A stretch of 64,000 bases of DNA from Nitrospirota bacterium. GTDB lineage: Bacteria; Nitrospirota; UBA9217. The notes beneath the pieces are model-generated. The model saw only the letters and a list, made by a program, of their open reading frames with translations. It was not told the DNA's origin and ran no database searches. Below, piece after piece: positions 63,894-64,000 of this stretch; within the stretch, counting starts at the first letter, position 1, and each line of letters starts with the position of its first letter. Where the stretch lies: positions 482,838 through 546,837 of the forward strand of contig CAWIYV010000007.1 of NCBI GenBank assembly GCA_963840455.1. Reading direction: 5' to 3'. A program made the translations under genes and the position numbers.

Positions 63894-64000
63894 GGAGCGG
63901 ATCTTTTCGGTGATGGACGCAGCGAGCTGCCCGACAAACGCTTCTGCATCAGGAGCAGCGGTCCTTTTCTGCAGTGCGCGGGACAGATTCTCGCGGCTCA

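Overview
This 64 kb window comes from a GC-rich diderm (LPS-producing) bacterium. I call 60 CDS, and 58 of them are on the minus strand, many joined by ATGA-type 4-nt or 1-nt start/stop overlaps. There are three blocks.

(1) About 0-29.9 kb is a surface-glycan / O-antigen-type locus.
- Assembly and export: a WbaP-type initiating transferase, at least 6 glycosyltransferases, a Wzx-like flippase, and also a Wzm/Wzt ABC exporter.
- Methylation: six SAM-methyltransferase domains.
- Sugar pathways: a cupin-aminotransferase-TylM1-like N-methyltransferase amino-sugar module; a complete pseudaminic acid pathway (pseBCFGHI) with an associated methylase; an acetamidino-forming trio (PP-loop amidotransferase plus HisH/HisF paralogues); and gmd-fcl for GDP-fucose.
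- Composition: most of this block has much lower GC than its flanks (about 37-50% against 60-75% on hand-counted lines) and is mosaic.

(2) About 29.9-49.8 kb is an LPS core / Kdo2-lipid A / outer-membrane supra-operon: bamA-skp-lpxD-fabZ-lpxA-lpxI-gnnA-gnnB-lpxB-msbA-DUF374-waaA-lpxK-gmhB-GT9-GT2-GT2-GT4-ligase.

(3) About 49.8-64 kb is housekeeping: hemW, a GNAT, clpC (+ strand), an FAD oxidoreductase, and pnp-rpsO-truB-nrnA-rbfA-DUF503-infB-ylxQ.

I found no rRNA, tRNA, CRISPR array, transposase or integrase. I could support five sigma70-like promoters (three share a TATATT -10) and two intrinsic terminators from the sequence.

I found no clearly novel multi-gene system. The most interesting points are these:
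- a decorated nonulosonic-acid module inside an ABC-exported glycan locus
- a mycaminose-like amino-sugar module
- an orphan 324-aa protein at the heart of the locus
- an unusual number of methyltransferases next to a Wzt with a C-terminal extension
- GnnA/GnnB inside the lipid A operon
- a purine- and GGA-rich 316-nt gene-free spacer

All family assignments rest on motif recognition by eye, not on database searches.
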